This document shows positions 35,875 to 50,015 of a stretch of 64,000 nt of DNA, one piece after another. Source of the stretch: Catajapyx aquilonaris (lineage: Eukaryota); contig KZ538024.1 of the NCBI GenBank assembly GCA_000934665.2, positions 1-64,000 of the forward strand, given 5' to 3'. Both the position numbers and the translations under genes were made by a program. How positions within the stretch are numbered: position 1 is the first letter of the stretch; the number at the start of each line of letters is the position of its first letter. A model generated the notes under the pieces. It was not told the origin of the DNA. It made no database searches and saw only the letters and a list, made by a program, of their open reading frames with translations.

Positions 35875-38800
35875 TAGTTGAACCTCGGCGAGAAAAGTGG
35901 ACCCAGTTTAGATCTGGGCTAGTTTGAAGAATGAGGAATTAATTCACTATTTCGTTACATATTTGCCATATCAAAAAGGTGCTGGATGTTGGTGCCAACA
36001 GGTGTAGAGTGCCTCTAGGTTGGCAATTCTGTGTCCAAGTAGGCGTTCCAATGGATGGTATTCTGGCTCCAAAAATCATGAAGTCACCAACGAGTGGACA
36101 CTATCAAGTTCTTTGCAAAGATACCACTTCTGGTGTAAATGCACCAAACCGATTCATCCCAAAGGGTGTAAATGGCCCACCGCTGTGAGGCGTGCGCAGG
36201 CCTGCTGTGTCAAAAATGGCCACCAGCTAGGCAATATCATAATGGCCGCCGTGTAACCTGAGCCAGGGAGGGGGCTGGGAGTGGGTATGAAGCATCTCTT
36301 TCGCACATCATCAACCTTGTTCCTGTGGCATTCCCCCGTCGCAAGGGGTCGGCGTCTGTTTAGATGACTCCTAATGAGCAGGCAGGCTGGATCCGGTGTC
36401 ACTCGAGTTCTTTCAGGGCTAACAGTTTCCAGTCCCCTCCTGCTGGTGCCACACACATTTTACTGACTGGTGCATGGTGTGCGGGGGTGACTCCCTTGGA
36501 TTCTCAAATGTTCTGTGCATCCCAACACTGGAAGACAAGGCCGGTTTCCAGTTGCCTAGCTGCTGTTATAGAGTTTGAACCATAATGGACTCGGCTGTGG
36601 TCACTAATCACCGTTGGGAGAGGGACACCAAATGGGATCTGCGGCTCGGGTTGCTGCTGACTGCATGAGAGAGAACGGGGGAAAAATATATAGGAAAAGT
36701 TTCAACACTTTTATTAAGCTGGGATGCTTTGTCGCGGCTCGTTTCGTTGCAAAAAGTGGACCCGCATGGGAACAATTGGCGTTGGGATGCATTTGTTTCC
36801 ATCAAGATCTAGGGAGAATCCGCGCTTTCCATCTCCAGCAGCAGAGTGGGCAAATAGAGTTGATGTGGGTAAATGTGCAGTAAAACATGACCGGCACAAG
36901 TATGATAAACCGTTTGCGACACCCAATTACCATGTTGTTAGTCGGTAAATGAATTATGATGCAGTCACATCGATTGGTTTCAATTAATGTTTATGTTTCT
37001 GCTGCTGCATATATGGATGTACCTGTTTGACCATTGCACGGATGACGGAATGATGCTATCAAGATTATTTGCAGCGCAATTAATGCTCGTGCTACGTGAT
37101 ACGCAAATACGAGACCAACTTTGAAGCTGGATACACGTTGGATGGTCCAGTGACATCAAAGGGGGGTAAGCAAATGACAGAAAATGTGACAAACCTTTTG
37201 CAGGGAATCGGGGAAAGACTATTGTGCACTGATCCTGCCTCGAAATCCGATAGCCAGCCCAAAACAATGCCCTTGTTGGCACCTCCAATATCAAGACCTT
37301 CCAATTCCAATAACGCATCCAAGATGCAGCCAACAGTCTCCCTTTAGTACCATTAGCTTCCAGTTGCTAACTCGGCTCAGGCCCAACATGGACCGACTTT
37401 TGCAAGACGTCAGGATGTTTCTGACGACGCAAATTGCCTGGACCACAAAATGACCCAAAAGGGAGCCAGCACCATCCTCTACCCCCCAAAAATAAATATA
37501 TTTACCCACCATTGCAAGCTAGCGTATGGATCGAATTCATTTTTAGCGTGAGCGAGAATTGGCTCACGCTCTCGATTCTCGCCAGCATCAGCCGTGTCAC
37601 ACCATGATGCACTTTCCAGCAGGGGGAGAATTCGATAATTGCAAAGGGCAATATTGCGGGGGCCATTTATTCCCCACGTGCCCTCCCATCGGAGAGACAA
37701 CTCCATCAGTGGTGCCAGAACCAATTTGGGCCGTCAGGCGCCCGTCAATGTGACCATAATGAGCCCCGAGGAGTAAATGGAGTATTAAACGGGCGTAGCA
37801 GGGACCACCAAGACGCATCCATTGCCTTTCCAGACGCGCTAGGGGAATATCCAAATTGATCCTCTCTACAGGACCCTTTCAGGCAATTAGGCCAATCCTT
37901 TAGTATACGGCCTGGGTTCTTCTTTACTCCCCGGTTCCAGGAGCTTGCAAATGGTTTAACGGAGCGTGGCAGCAACCTAATTTCATTTCCTGCCCTATCT
38001 CCAGTCTTGTGCGACGGAACAAACAAGAGCAAAACAACCTGCTTCTGCCACTATGAGCGCTATAAATGCCTGGTTTGCATATCTACTGAGCCAGTACTCC
38101 CCCCTCGAAAAAAAGAGAGTTCAGCCATGATGGATCCGGAGCTGTAACGCTGTAGTGGAAATTGGCAGCAATTGTGGGACCAGGTCATGTTATCAACCCC
38201 CCCTCTCTCTGCGAGTATCTGCATTCCAAATCGAGAAAATAATGCGATTTAATTGCCAATGACGACGCCGGGAGCGCAATTAGCTCGTTAGTTTCCCCAA
38301 ATCGCGATCATTGGCCCTTTTCCAACACGTTCGCAGTTGCTCGTTAACCGCAATGCTGCCGCTGGTGAATGCCGCGTAAAATGGTCAAGATTAGTAGCAT
38401 TGGACATGACTCACAATTGTCCAGACTCGAAAACGATTACCTTCCAGTAGCTGAAGGGGTGAAAACTGAGCTAAATGTGGATGGTATTGCTATTCTGGCG
38501 CCAGTGACGTGTTATACAGACCTGCATTATTTTTTGCCGGATTTGTTTTTTGTAACACTGAAATTCTTGAACTAAACAGCAGCATTGCAAATACAGGGTG
38601 TGCCTATACTAAATTCCTGGTTTTAGTTGGCGATGTTTGACAGTATGCTGCTTGTTATTCAGTAGTTATTGTGGGGGCCTGCCAAAATATTTAGCCACTA
38701 CTTAGGTTGAATGTGTAAGCAGACCTGTAGAAGACTACGCAGAGAGTTTAGCATGGAAGGGAAATCACGTCTGAACCCTTGACCTCGGATGCTAATATTA

Positions 38801-39586
38801 GACCTACTGTTCCAATTGACTCAATCCAAATTCCTTAGTGTGAGTTCCTGGTATGTGGCCCAAGGTTAGTCCCTACCTCCTGCCACCTCTCCTCATTTTC
38901 CATGTTTTATCCTATTCTGCATTTGTTTCTAAATAATTAAAATGTGTAAAATAATTAAAAATAATTGCACATTGTCATTTTCGGTAATACCTAATCAACG
39001 TGTTTATCCTGGAAAAATGTATGAAGTCTCCACGAGTTTCCATGTGAGTTTTTTTTTTCAAATATGGTATCTCACATTCCTGGTTCCATCTGTGACTGGC
39101 AACTGTGCCTCAAAAAAACCCTCGCAAATTTAGCTTGGTCCGACTATAGCTCAGGTAGGAAAACAGAGCCTTTGTGACAAAACAGCCCATGGTAACTGTT
39201 CAGAACAAAGTGCACGCTGGGTGGCCATACATCAACCTCAGCACAAAAGACAAAGCATCTCGGCCACCTCTTACCGAAAAAATATGCATTAACATCGCTC
39301 CTCTACCAAAATGAACCCTTGTGACACTCTTAAAACCTATAGCTGTAGTTATATTCTCCTGTAGGTGCAGGGATTGCCATCGGAACTATGCTGCTTTGTG
39401 TAATTAGTTCTATGGCAGTCTCAGTTGAGTCCATCTGGAATAAACAGGTAGTTCACAACAGAGTCTATCTATGAACCAAGACCAGGAGTAACCCTGCGGG
39501 ACCCAGAGGATGCACTCAACACGCACTTAATCCTTGTTCAATTCAGTCAGAGTACTATTTCTACGTATAGTGTATAACCTAACCTA

Positions 39587-39749
39587 TAGTCCGTTAAGCG
39601 AAAGAACGATCTGACGTCACACCAGTCGTGTATTCTGAGCATGCGCAGTAGTATGCTGGCAAAGATATTCGGACACATGAGAGGAGGGAAGAGACGGGCG
39701 GAGGCGGGGCTGAACTTGACGTCAAATTGTTCTTTCGTTTAACGGACTG
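39587..39749. mobile_element. Small TA-flanked MITE with 33-bp TIRs
   Basis: TA|TAGTCCGTTAAGCGAAAGAACGATCTGACGTCA ... TGACGTCAAATTGTTCTTTCGTTTAACGGACTG|TA. Confidence 0.85.
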
Positions 39750-42545
39750 TAGTAAAAGAAAATGTGCAAAAAATCTATAACTTCAGAAGAGTTCAGTTGG
39801 TACAGCCTGTACATATAAGTGGACGCAATACCAGTCTACAAGTGCATACTCCTTGAAGTGGAGTGTACGATATGATTCAGACCGGCAGCATGGTCTGGCC
39901 CCGTCTCCCTCTCCCAAATGGCATTCTTTTGCCTTGACTGCTCTCAGCTTTTATTCACTTATCCCGCTTTTAACAGACAAATTGGCTCAAGTCATCGTTT
40001 CCATCTTGATCACAGTCAAAGCAAGAAGCGGAACCAGTGGATGGGGAGAGTTGGAGTCGAGCACGAGGCAGCCTAATTTATAACTCGAGAGCTTTCAGCA
40101 AGATGTGTTTTCATACTCTAATGCTGCCCTTTCGGTTTTGCACTCTGAATGTGCTGGGGTTGCTTTCACTCCGGTGAGCTTTACCAAGCTGTGGGTATAG
40201 AGAGGGGGGGGGGGAACGCCTCCAAAAATCGACAAAGCAACAGAAAAAAATGCACATACACAACATTTGATATGCAGCTGCTGTGCTGGTCGTAATTGCA
40301 AAGTGAATTCCATCTGGATTATGGCTGGTGAGTTTCCAGAAGCCGGAGTCATTTTCGGAGATGTCGCGGCGGCAGTAATGGAACAAGTTTTTGAGATGAA
40401 CTTTGGTGTATCCAAATGCCTCCTCCAGCAGAAGCCAGCAGCAGCACCGCTTCCTAGGAGGTGATTAAGAGATCTGGAGGCAAACTTTATCAATTATAAA
40501 TGCGCACCATTCTCTCGGATGGGTGGAAAATGCCGCGAACATACCGAGTGAATTCTTCCGCCATTATCAAGAGGCAAAAGCGGCAGGGCCCGAGGTTTAT
40601 AGACGCTCGAGGTGGATGGCAGTGTGGTTGGAAGAAGAAGGGGAAAAAAAGAAGGCAAGAGACCGATCTCTCTCATCACCATGGTCGCTGAGCAGCCTCC
40701 CCAACTCGGAAAAATAAGCAATAGAATACATTAGGTAGGGTCATAAGATGTTGGGCTCGACTGGCTTCGGTGTGTCGCTCGATTCAATCTCCAAATGTAG
40801 GGTCGGATTCTGTGCTGGGATACACGTTGACCTATGGCCCGCGCCATTTTTCTGCTCGGCCAGAGAGAGATCAAGCTGAGAAAGAAAAAAAGCGCTTGCG
40901 TATTTCCTCTCAACATCTAGCTGAACAACCTGGCATATCTTTTCCTGCTCTTTCTTGTACTGGGGACTGAAATGCTTATCGTTGAATGTATCTCATTTGC
41001 GAGCTTTCAATTTTCTGCAGATTATGTCGCTAAAGAAGCCCCGCCGCAGAAATGAACTCGTGAAGTTTCCTCGGCGGCCACCGTGGTTTATGGTCTAATT
41101 TGCAGGACCAAGAAGTTTGGGAGAACTGCTAGCGGTGGGAGTGGAAAGACAAAAGGCCCACACGTGTCCCAAGTTAACTTTTAAGAGCCCTCCTAATTTC
41201 TCCGCAGACCAGACCATTGGGATAGACCCCCATACAGACACTCTCCAACATGAACATGATTACATTAGAGGCTCTGAAGAAAGCATCTAGGTTGTATGTG
41301 AGAGTGAAAAACGCATATTTAGAACTGGTTTATGTCTGGTTCATATCCTCTCATTAGGTTTTCACAAATAATTTTAGAACATTCACAATATTTGGCAGCT
41401 AATTTTTTGATAACCAATAAAAATTAACCCTAGAAAAAGAATTGCTTTAAATGAAGCAGGATAGTACTAAAATCGTTAGCTACTACGGATATTTCAATGG
41501 GATCATAGGACCTAATATTGAATTTCGAAAGACAAATTCACGTAACATATTGAGCAATTTGGATCCTTCACTGCACATAGCTAGAATGATATTGTATTGC
41601 CAGTAATGCTGGGGTAAGCTTGCATATACTATAGTGCAAGATAATGTTTCAAAAAAATCGTACAACAAAAAATTATATTCAATTTTCAGATATAATTTTT
41701 ATGAGGTAGGCCTATGCCATGTTGCAATTTGATGATTTTTTGACGTGACACGTGAGTACGTCTTTAAAATCGGATCCGCATAGGAGGGGCATGCAGGAAA
41801 ACTCGAGAGTTACAGAAAAGCGTTACAGTTGACGTCACTAACCACAAGATGATGCAGAGTAACCAAACTCCAGGCAGTTGGGTTATTGTGCATCTTGTTA
41901 CATTATTTTCTACCCCCTTATGGGGTGGAGTTGGGTCGTAATATTACTTGTACGGGTACTTACACCCATTGACTATACGGATCGACAATAAAATGTATTT
42001 CACATTTTTGGGAGTTGGGCCCTTTCTCGTTTTGCCTATTCAATTTATTACAGTTGACTCCGGGTATGACATCCTCGGCTGTAACAGACTCTCAGTTAGA
42101 ATTAATGCGAAAGGCTGGTTGTGACCTGAATTCTTGAAATACAGTACCTTAACAAACCAAAATCACCATTTTACATGCAGTGAATAAATTAGTTACATGT
42201 TAAAGCGATATTATGACACACCTCAACATCATATAACCTAGGTCCTCGAGGAAGTCACTGTGTCACAACCTTTTGAGAAAGATGCATTAGACACTAGAGC
42301 GTATGTATGACTTACTGCATAGTGTCTCCCTATTTAAATGTTCCGAGTGATTGACATTTTTTGGCATATTTCAAAATTTATTGCCATTAGTCAGGGGCAA
42401 GTAGACCATTGGCGGGCACAAACCACTGTACATTTTGACATAAGTTAATAAAAACAAGTCGCTATCACATCATATTTTATTATCTTCCAATAAATATATT
42501 TCGTTTTTTTCCCCCAACACGACTTAAGAAATAATAGCGAGAGAA

Positions 42546-42892
42546 GGGGGAGGCGAAGTGGCGCAACGGTAACGTTCGCGCCCACGGATGTTAAGGTCCC
42601 GGGTTCACCCCCTTCATCTCGTGCAGAGTAAAGTGTCGTCTCTGACTTCGTCTCAGGTGGAATTTCCACAGACTAATCCACCCGGGGGAGCTCACAAAAC
42701 GACCACATGCGGACAAGGCACTGCACTTGCACATCCCCTCCTGTCATCCCTGCCTGCCCGTGGGCCCGGGAGCTGTATAGCTGTAGCTGTATAAATAGGA
42801 TCCAATTGTATGGTATTCTGACGATTAATAAAGGTCCGGCAAGACCCCAATAGGGGTACGCCTATACCCTATTATTATTATTATTATATTAT

Positions 42893-42975
<83 letters not shown>
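42546..42975 (+). mobile_element. tRNA-derived SINE with expanded (AAT)n tail and 16-bp TSD; B box partly deleted
   Basis: Colinear with the 31.2-kb copy. TSD AATAATAGCGAGAGAA at 42530-42545 and 42976-42991. Confidence 0.9.

Positions 42976-42981
<6 letters not shown>
42871..42981. repeat. (ATT)n/(AAT)n microsatellite forming the SINE tail
   Basis: Direct reading: a short ATT run switches to a long AAT run. Confidence 0.97.
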
Positions 42982-42982
<1 letters not shown>

Positions 42983-45900
42983 GCGAGAGAATCGATGCTT
43001 CTTCACAGTTTCCTGAATTTTTGGTCGCGTTTTTGGCACTAACTTTGGCACTTTTTGCCACTGGAAGTAATGTTTCCTTCCAACAGTTACTTTTATCGGC
43101 TATCAAAAAATGAGCTGAAATTATTATTATAATACACTATAAGCATTCATCCAGTTCAGTGCATGAAAAACAAATAATTCACTTGGAACACACTGTAAAG
43201 CATACTTGCACAATGCACATGCATTACCTGAAGAGGGTGTCAATATGTTGAGACCTTCTGTTTCATCCGAAGGTGTTTAAAAGTCTCTCAATCTACTTCG
43301 TTAAAATGGTAGTAATTTGCAGAAAATGCCTAGATGTTCTTTTAGTGCAGCAGCTCCTTAAAATGACGGCCATATCTCTCAAATTATAAGAGCAATTTAG
43401 AATTCCCTTGATAGGAGAACCGTGTCCATGGAAGGTGGCAATATTTCAAAACTTTTCCCGGTGCCTTTACGCACAGTTCGATAGTTTTATGGGCCAAAGT
43501 GCCTACACTCGTGACTGTATAAATCTACAGTATTATAAAAGTTAAAGGCTGTCAGCTCCCTATTCACTCATAGAACTCCATACTGGGTCAGGTCTTTATG
43601 TTACGGATGGGTACACATGTCTATCAAATGATTATTCACTACTGCTAATAGCCAATGAGAGTTCTCTAACTTGTATAAGCTTGACTTGAGTTAATCACAT
43701 CATTCGCGAGTTCACGAGTACCCACAACAGATGAGGCAGTCCGTGTATAGCAAGAGTCTCTTGTAGAGTACACAGAAAGTGGACTGACTTCAAAGTATAG
43801 TCTATTGTAGTTTGTTTCATTATTATAACAAGGGGGACAAGAAGAAAGGCTATGATTGACATATGCATCACATTTCATTTTCTTTATTTTCATATTTAAA
43901 ATTTATTTATTACCCTACTTATTTTACTAATATGTAGTAATATGAGAAAACTATAGGATATTCCCGAACTTACTATATTGCAACCTATGCTATAATGAAA
44001 CCCCATAGAAGATGAACTTGAGGCGTTATCAACTTTAACAACTTATGAATTTAGACTGGCAATTCCCATTCCTACAGGCTGAAAATTCCTATGCAAACGC
44101 GACATGTGAATATTCCTATAGTAGAGACTCCGTGCTGTGAAGAGGTGGCGGTCAAGATAAAGGCAGCATCAGAGTGGTGGGTGGCCAGTAGCTCATTGGC
44201 GTTGAAGGTGGGGGACTCGATATTAGTATGGAAATGGTCCCTAGCCGCAAACGATATGCTCTTCCTCGGCCCCGAGATAGCTACCAGCCCGTTAATAAGT
44301 ATTTGCACTGCGTTAAGTGCACTGCTTTTGTATGCATGGGAGAGGAGGGTAATAATTATTCACTCGAGCGTTTTGCCCTGCCAGAGAAAGCTTCTGGAAC
44401 GCAACCTTTATGCCGAGGGGGAAAGTTCACAAAATGAAAAATTGTGCGTCTACACTTTCCGTGGCCTCAAATATATAAAAAAGGCTTTGCCGCAATATAA
44501 TAATGCACCCTTCTTTGCTTTACCCTAGCATTTAGCCCAAGCAAAGAGCATGGTCCTAATTTGAAGCGCAACCAGGCGCATCAAATCTGGACCTAAATCC
44601 GGCCGTCTTACTTGAAGCGGCTGAACCCAGCGTTAAATCTGGAGCATAAATTCAGCCTTAGTGGCACCCAGAAACCGAAATCTGTATGAAATAAAACCTG
44701 TGATTAAGCAGGCAAACCCCTCTCTTCCTCCGTTAGCATCCTCCAAAAGTCCCCAGCTTAAAAGTTGTCCTGTGGGGTGTGGCGTGGGATGTCTTCCTCC
44801 TAATCTCCAGACTGAGTTCGTACAGGAAACTCGCCGGCACAGAATGAAAATGAAAACGTCTCGAGCCGACGCGCCCGACTCTATTAAGCGTAATAATGAA
44901 GTAATCTCTGAGAAAGCAATTATCTGTTTTTCCCCAAGATCCGTCCTTTGCCACCCACCATGGGGAGGACCTCCCGGACCCCTTTTCCTTCTATTATCCA
45001 GGGAGCGCATTCTCGCTTAGCTCTCTTCTCTATCTCCATTACCCGATGAGCGCCCTTTTCGTATTTTGGAAAAAAAAGAGCTGAGGAAAACTCGTGGAAA
45101 AGTTTTTGCCACCCTCGCTGGAATTTCGTTCCATAGCACAGCCAGCCACCTTTGTCATCTTTACCAATCAGAGGCAAAGCCATAATTTGAATGCCTAGAG
45201 AAAACGTCGGAGGATAGACCCGTTGAGAAAATCCACTATACTTAGATAGCTTAGATCGCACATCCCATCTTGTTATCGGGAGCCATCTCCAGGTTGAACC
45301 GACTCTATTAAGCCTGTCCGATGCCATAGTTTCCAGGTCGACCCTGAGGGAACATTGTCTATGAAAGCCGCAGTATCTTCACTTTGAGCAGAAGAGGCGT
45401 GGGAGGCGCGAAAGCACTTTGCTGATTTCCCACCACCGACGACGCCCTCGCGTCAATTTCGCCACAAGGTCCCAAAGTGTCAAGGACTGTAACGCTAATG
45501 ACCGTCAGGGAAAGACGTCAGATTTGGAGCCCAAAATGCACCTAACCCCGCCACTGTCGGCCTTCAAAAAATAAATGGCCGCCTCTCCAGATTGGAGGTC
45601 CAAGCAAGTGGAACCTTTGGGTCATTTGATTAGCCACAACGAGATTCCTCCCGTCCACCTTCCAAAGTGGCCTGGGCAGCAATGCACGTGGATGGGAAGA
45701 GAAATGGTCCTCGGACCCTTTTTTGGGGGGCGCTCAATCGAAGCCTGATAGCGGATCTTTGTGTGTTGGGAGCAGGGGGAGAACACGACCAACTCGACCA
45801 ATCTGCTTTTGGCTCGACCATTATACGCGCCGAGGGCTGGGCTGCTCAGGGAGGGAATGAGAACTTCTTCCTGTCCAAAAGTTCGCCGCTTCTTCCGGCT

Positions 45901-48900
45901 CGTCAATATATATCTGGCTGCCCATCCTAATCGCACTGGCCTTCCCCCACCACACTTCCATTTTAATTAAATGTCTTCGCTCCTGACCCCATCACAATTA
46001 TATTGCTCCCATTCGCCTTTACTGCTGCAGAGTCCTATCAAATTTTACAGGGAAGACTGTTCTATATGGGACTAATAAAAGGAGCAATCAATGCATTAGG
46101 TTTCGTCGGTATTATCCTTCTGTTCTATGATCCAGGCCGTCTGCGTAGGATTCCATGTCTTTTTTTCTTTTGCAATAAACCGAGTTTGTTATAAGCTCCT
46201 GGGGCACTTCAGTACTTGGCACAAACTTTATGATGGATATCCAAACAGCCGCGGGCGCAGATATACAATTTGCATATTGGAAGCTATACCAGGCGGTGTC
46301 TTGATATACTGTTGTTTTCTCTATTCTGGCTACAGTAAACGTGCTCGGATGACTCGCAACAGTGTTTAGGGAACTTTAATCTTTCGGTATACCGTACTTT
46401 TTTTTTACATTTATAATGTTATAAAATCATACTTTCCCTATGTACACAACATTTACATGTAGAACACCACATAAGCTAATATAACATGATTATAATATTA
46501 TGCTTGCGTTAATACATGAAAATAGAAAGCAGCTTTGCGGTAAGCTCTATAAGTTCACCATCATGTGACGAATCCGTGTCATGGGTGTCATGTGTAATTG
46601 GCGAACTTGTGTGCGGTATGTAAATGACACTGAAAAAGCAACTCATTGGTTCATTCAGTCAACCCTCACGCAATATTTATTTACAGCCACATTGGCAAAA
46701 AAATGCCCTCTCTGCAACAAACCACTAGTAATTGTATATACAGGATACACAGCGATTCAGCAGTGCAATACTTTGCACAAAAACATGTTTGAATATCCTA
46801 ATTTATGTGCAGATTGACACCCTAAAAGCTGCTAAAACGCTCGGAAAATGATGTTCTAAGTGGATTCGATTTGATCGATGACGGTATATGGACCATTGAT
46901 TTTTCCGGTCTAGCTACTGATGGCTGTACGGGTTCTTTACGGTATGAGTGCGAAGTTTCTACTTTGTACAATTTAGACGTCACTTATTGCATTTGGAAGA
47001 GAAATTCCACGCGAATAGGATTAGTGCACTAAACGACAAAATAGTGTTTATGTAATGACTCGTGCCTACATTTGAATAGATGTACGAGTATATCGTGCAG
47101 CTACATTTTCTGATCTCAACTGTAAGGCTCGACTGGAAGTGCAGATTGTACTACAGCCCTGTCAGAATAAAATAAATCCAGGAAATCCTACTTACTCGTA
47201 CAGCTCCAGGCAACGCCGCGCGCCGTATGCCAGCATGTGGAGGTAGCGCCATTAGGCTACTGGGTATGAATCACAGTGATGTGCTACAGCTACACTAAGC
47301 CCTGAGAATGTAGGCTAAGTAGCTTAGCTAGTCTTGTTAAGAGACAATATTAATTTTCACCTGGCACTGCAAAAACTACTACATACAGGAACATTACAAA
47401 ACATTATCCTTTGACTTTACGTATCTATATAGAAATGTAATTTTACAGCCCTTCTAATTATGAAGTTATTAGCTAAAATAGATAAATCTTAGAATATTAT
47501 TTCTGTACAAATTGCAAAGTTCAACACTTCATTTTATATTGGTTATAAGTATTTTGACTAATAATATTAACTTCGCAAATAAATCGATGAAGGAAGTTTT
47601 CCGGAACGAACACTCTTGGAAATAAGTCTAAAAAGCATATAAAAATTGCAGCAAATATTGTGGCTTTTAACACTGACATTTTCACATCCTTGAAAAAGAG
47701 CGATGATAAGAACAACGTCCAAAACAAAGCACTTCAATGTTTTAAGGTGAGGTACAGGGTATTCGTCGGGTCTTCCCCATAAATTACAAGTGTTTGAAAA
47801 AAGAGCCGGAATATGCGCACAAGTGCACATTCCCTCTGACAAAATGAACATTGAAAAGCATTCCTGTCCAACCGAAAGCACTGAAGCCCCTCTCTGACCA
47901 GCAATTACCCGACTTACTTGCTCTTCAAAGTGACTCCAGCACTCACCAAATTACCAATTTTTGTTTCCATAAGCCGCCCTACTTCATTTGGAAAGCAGGA
48001 ACCTGCAGTGCACCAGATAGGAAGCACACATGATACCAACCATAAACCTATTTTCGTGGCTGGTTGCACCCCAATCGGTTATTCATGTGGAGTGCACTTT
48101 GTGCATGATTTCATTCGGTACGCGAATCACACTGGAAAAGCATGCTTCTCCTATCATGTAGCAGTGTTTCAGAGGCAGCAGCCTCTTCAAGCCTGCGATT
48201 CAAGTGGACTTGCCGGGAGAGTTGGCTGGCATTCATGGTATTTTTTTACCCCCAGGGATAAGAGGTCCCGCTATCCTAAGTGGTGCAGTGCGCACTTCAA
48301 AATGCCCTCTGCACCTAGGCCTACTGAGAGCTTTATACATGCTTTTGGTCTTTGTGAGCTCCAGCGCCCACCTATGCCTGACTCTAATTTTTTATCTCCT
48401 CTCACTCTTGGCCTCCCTCCCCCCCCCCTCAACCCCCTACGTTCCCGCCATTTACATGCGACGCAGCCACCAGTCATTCAAAAGCCTCTGAATGTGCCAA
48501 AGAGAGCCAACTCTTTCACAATGCTAACAGCAACAAACGTCAAAGGGCTCTGCAGCTGTCCAAATAGGATAGAACAAGCTGGCACTAAACTTTTGCACTA
48601 TTCGGGCAGGGGAGTGAGGAAGGCTTTGGGAAACAATGCGGAGGGGTGGGCATAGACTGTAGGGCACAGTTCTCAAAGTTCCATTTTCAATTCTGCGAGT
48701 TGGAGGGAAAGGAAGTGGTAGGTTCAATCCTATTACCTACACGGGCGCCGAAAGTTTGCAACCATTGCCAAAGACGCGTAATTCAGTTTAGTACCAAATT
48801 AAAACGATTCCCTTTTGCGCTTGTCTCCAACTCACTTGTATGTTTTTTTTCTGTCTATGTTCTAATGCCTACTCAGGCGGAAACTTTACAAATCTCATAA

Positions 48901-49995
48901 ACCCTAAAACAAAAACGGCATCGGACGATTTGCACCATTATATTTTCCTTAGGATGTAGAAAGTTTCGAGTTGCTCGAACTACTTTAGGGGGGGGGGGGG
49001 GGGNCACAGAACAAGCTGCGGTTCTAACAAAAAGTTGGTGCGTCTCAAGTCATCGCACAGCAGTTCTTGTATCGAGATTTTGCCCTATTCCTTCTGTCGT
49101 TTGGATGTCAGGTAGCAAAGATCTGCAGCAGATTCCTATATTTTCAGCTCCTCATAGCTCGTCAGCCCATCCGGCATGTAAAATAAACAAGTGTCGAAAA
49201 ATCATTCTGCAGCATTTCGGCATTGGCATTTTTTATTCTGGCAGCTGGCACTTGTGCTCTCACCTGAAACAGTGTGTGTCTACGTATGTGCTTTGCCAGT
49301 TCGCCTAGTTGTGCCCTCGTATTGACAGGCACGAATTTCCTGACTCGCACCAGGGCGCCACTTAGCCCACCCACTTCCGATAGCCCTTCCGTCAGCCGTC
49401 ACAACTGCCCGTCATTGCCAGGAAGCCTTCATTTCCTACTTCGTAGCCTTCTGCACTCTACGTTCTGCCTACATTGTGATTGTGTGTTTTCATATATGTG
49501 GTAGAGACACATAGAGGGTAGAGGTGAGCGCTGGTATAGGACTCATTGTTTATGGGCTGACCTTATTTGTCTTGGCAATGACGAAATGGCAAACCCAGTG
49601 TAAGACAGTAGCCTATGTTGGGGGATAAAATATTTTAATAGAAATTAAATCCAATTAAAAATGATCATTGTTATGAACTCCTGGAAGTGGTGTGAGGTCA
49701 TGTCGAGAGGGCAAAACTCCGGTAATGACATGACGTTATTTGAGAAACAAATTGTATTTGCGAAGGGGGCGAACAACTCTTGATTAGGTAGTGGGTTCCA
49801 ATGGAACTGTCCGTTTCAGGTAACAATATATTTATTCGCACCAAGCTGCTTATTTTTAAACTGTCACTTTGGAACAGCTGCATTACAAGGTTATCAAAAT
49901 AGTCGAATAGCTGCAAATGTTAGGCCAAATGGATCTACTGTATTATGTCAAAGAAATGTTCCCCCCAAAATGGGGGTTCACCACTGAACTTAGAT

Positions 49996-50015
49996 CAGTG
50001 CTTCCCAATCTTTTT
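49996..50015 (+). mobile_element. Isolated hAT-Charlie-like terminus
   Basis: CAGTGCTTCCCAATCTTTTT resembles CAGTGGTTCCCAAACTTTTT-type ends; partner end not found. Confidence 0.3.

Noticed and set aside
40617..40629. TGGCAGTGTGGTT, matching the 5' end of miR-34
   Set aside because: The 3' half diverges and there is no complementary star arm.
42825..43106. Poly-Leu ORF (and poly-RE/poly-SL ORFs near 9.8 and 56.1 kb)
   Set aside because: Translations of (AAT)n and (GA)n microsatellites.
47918..48655. 245-aa ORF
   Set aside because: Non-ATG start, random-looking composition, and no domain or supporting splice structure.
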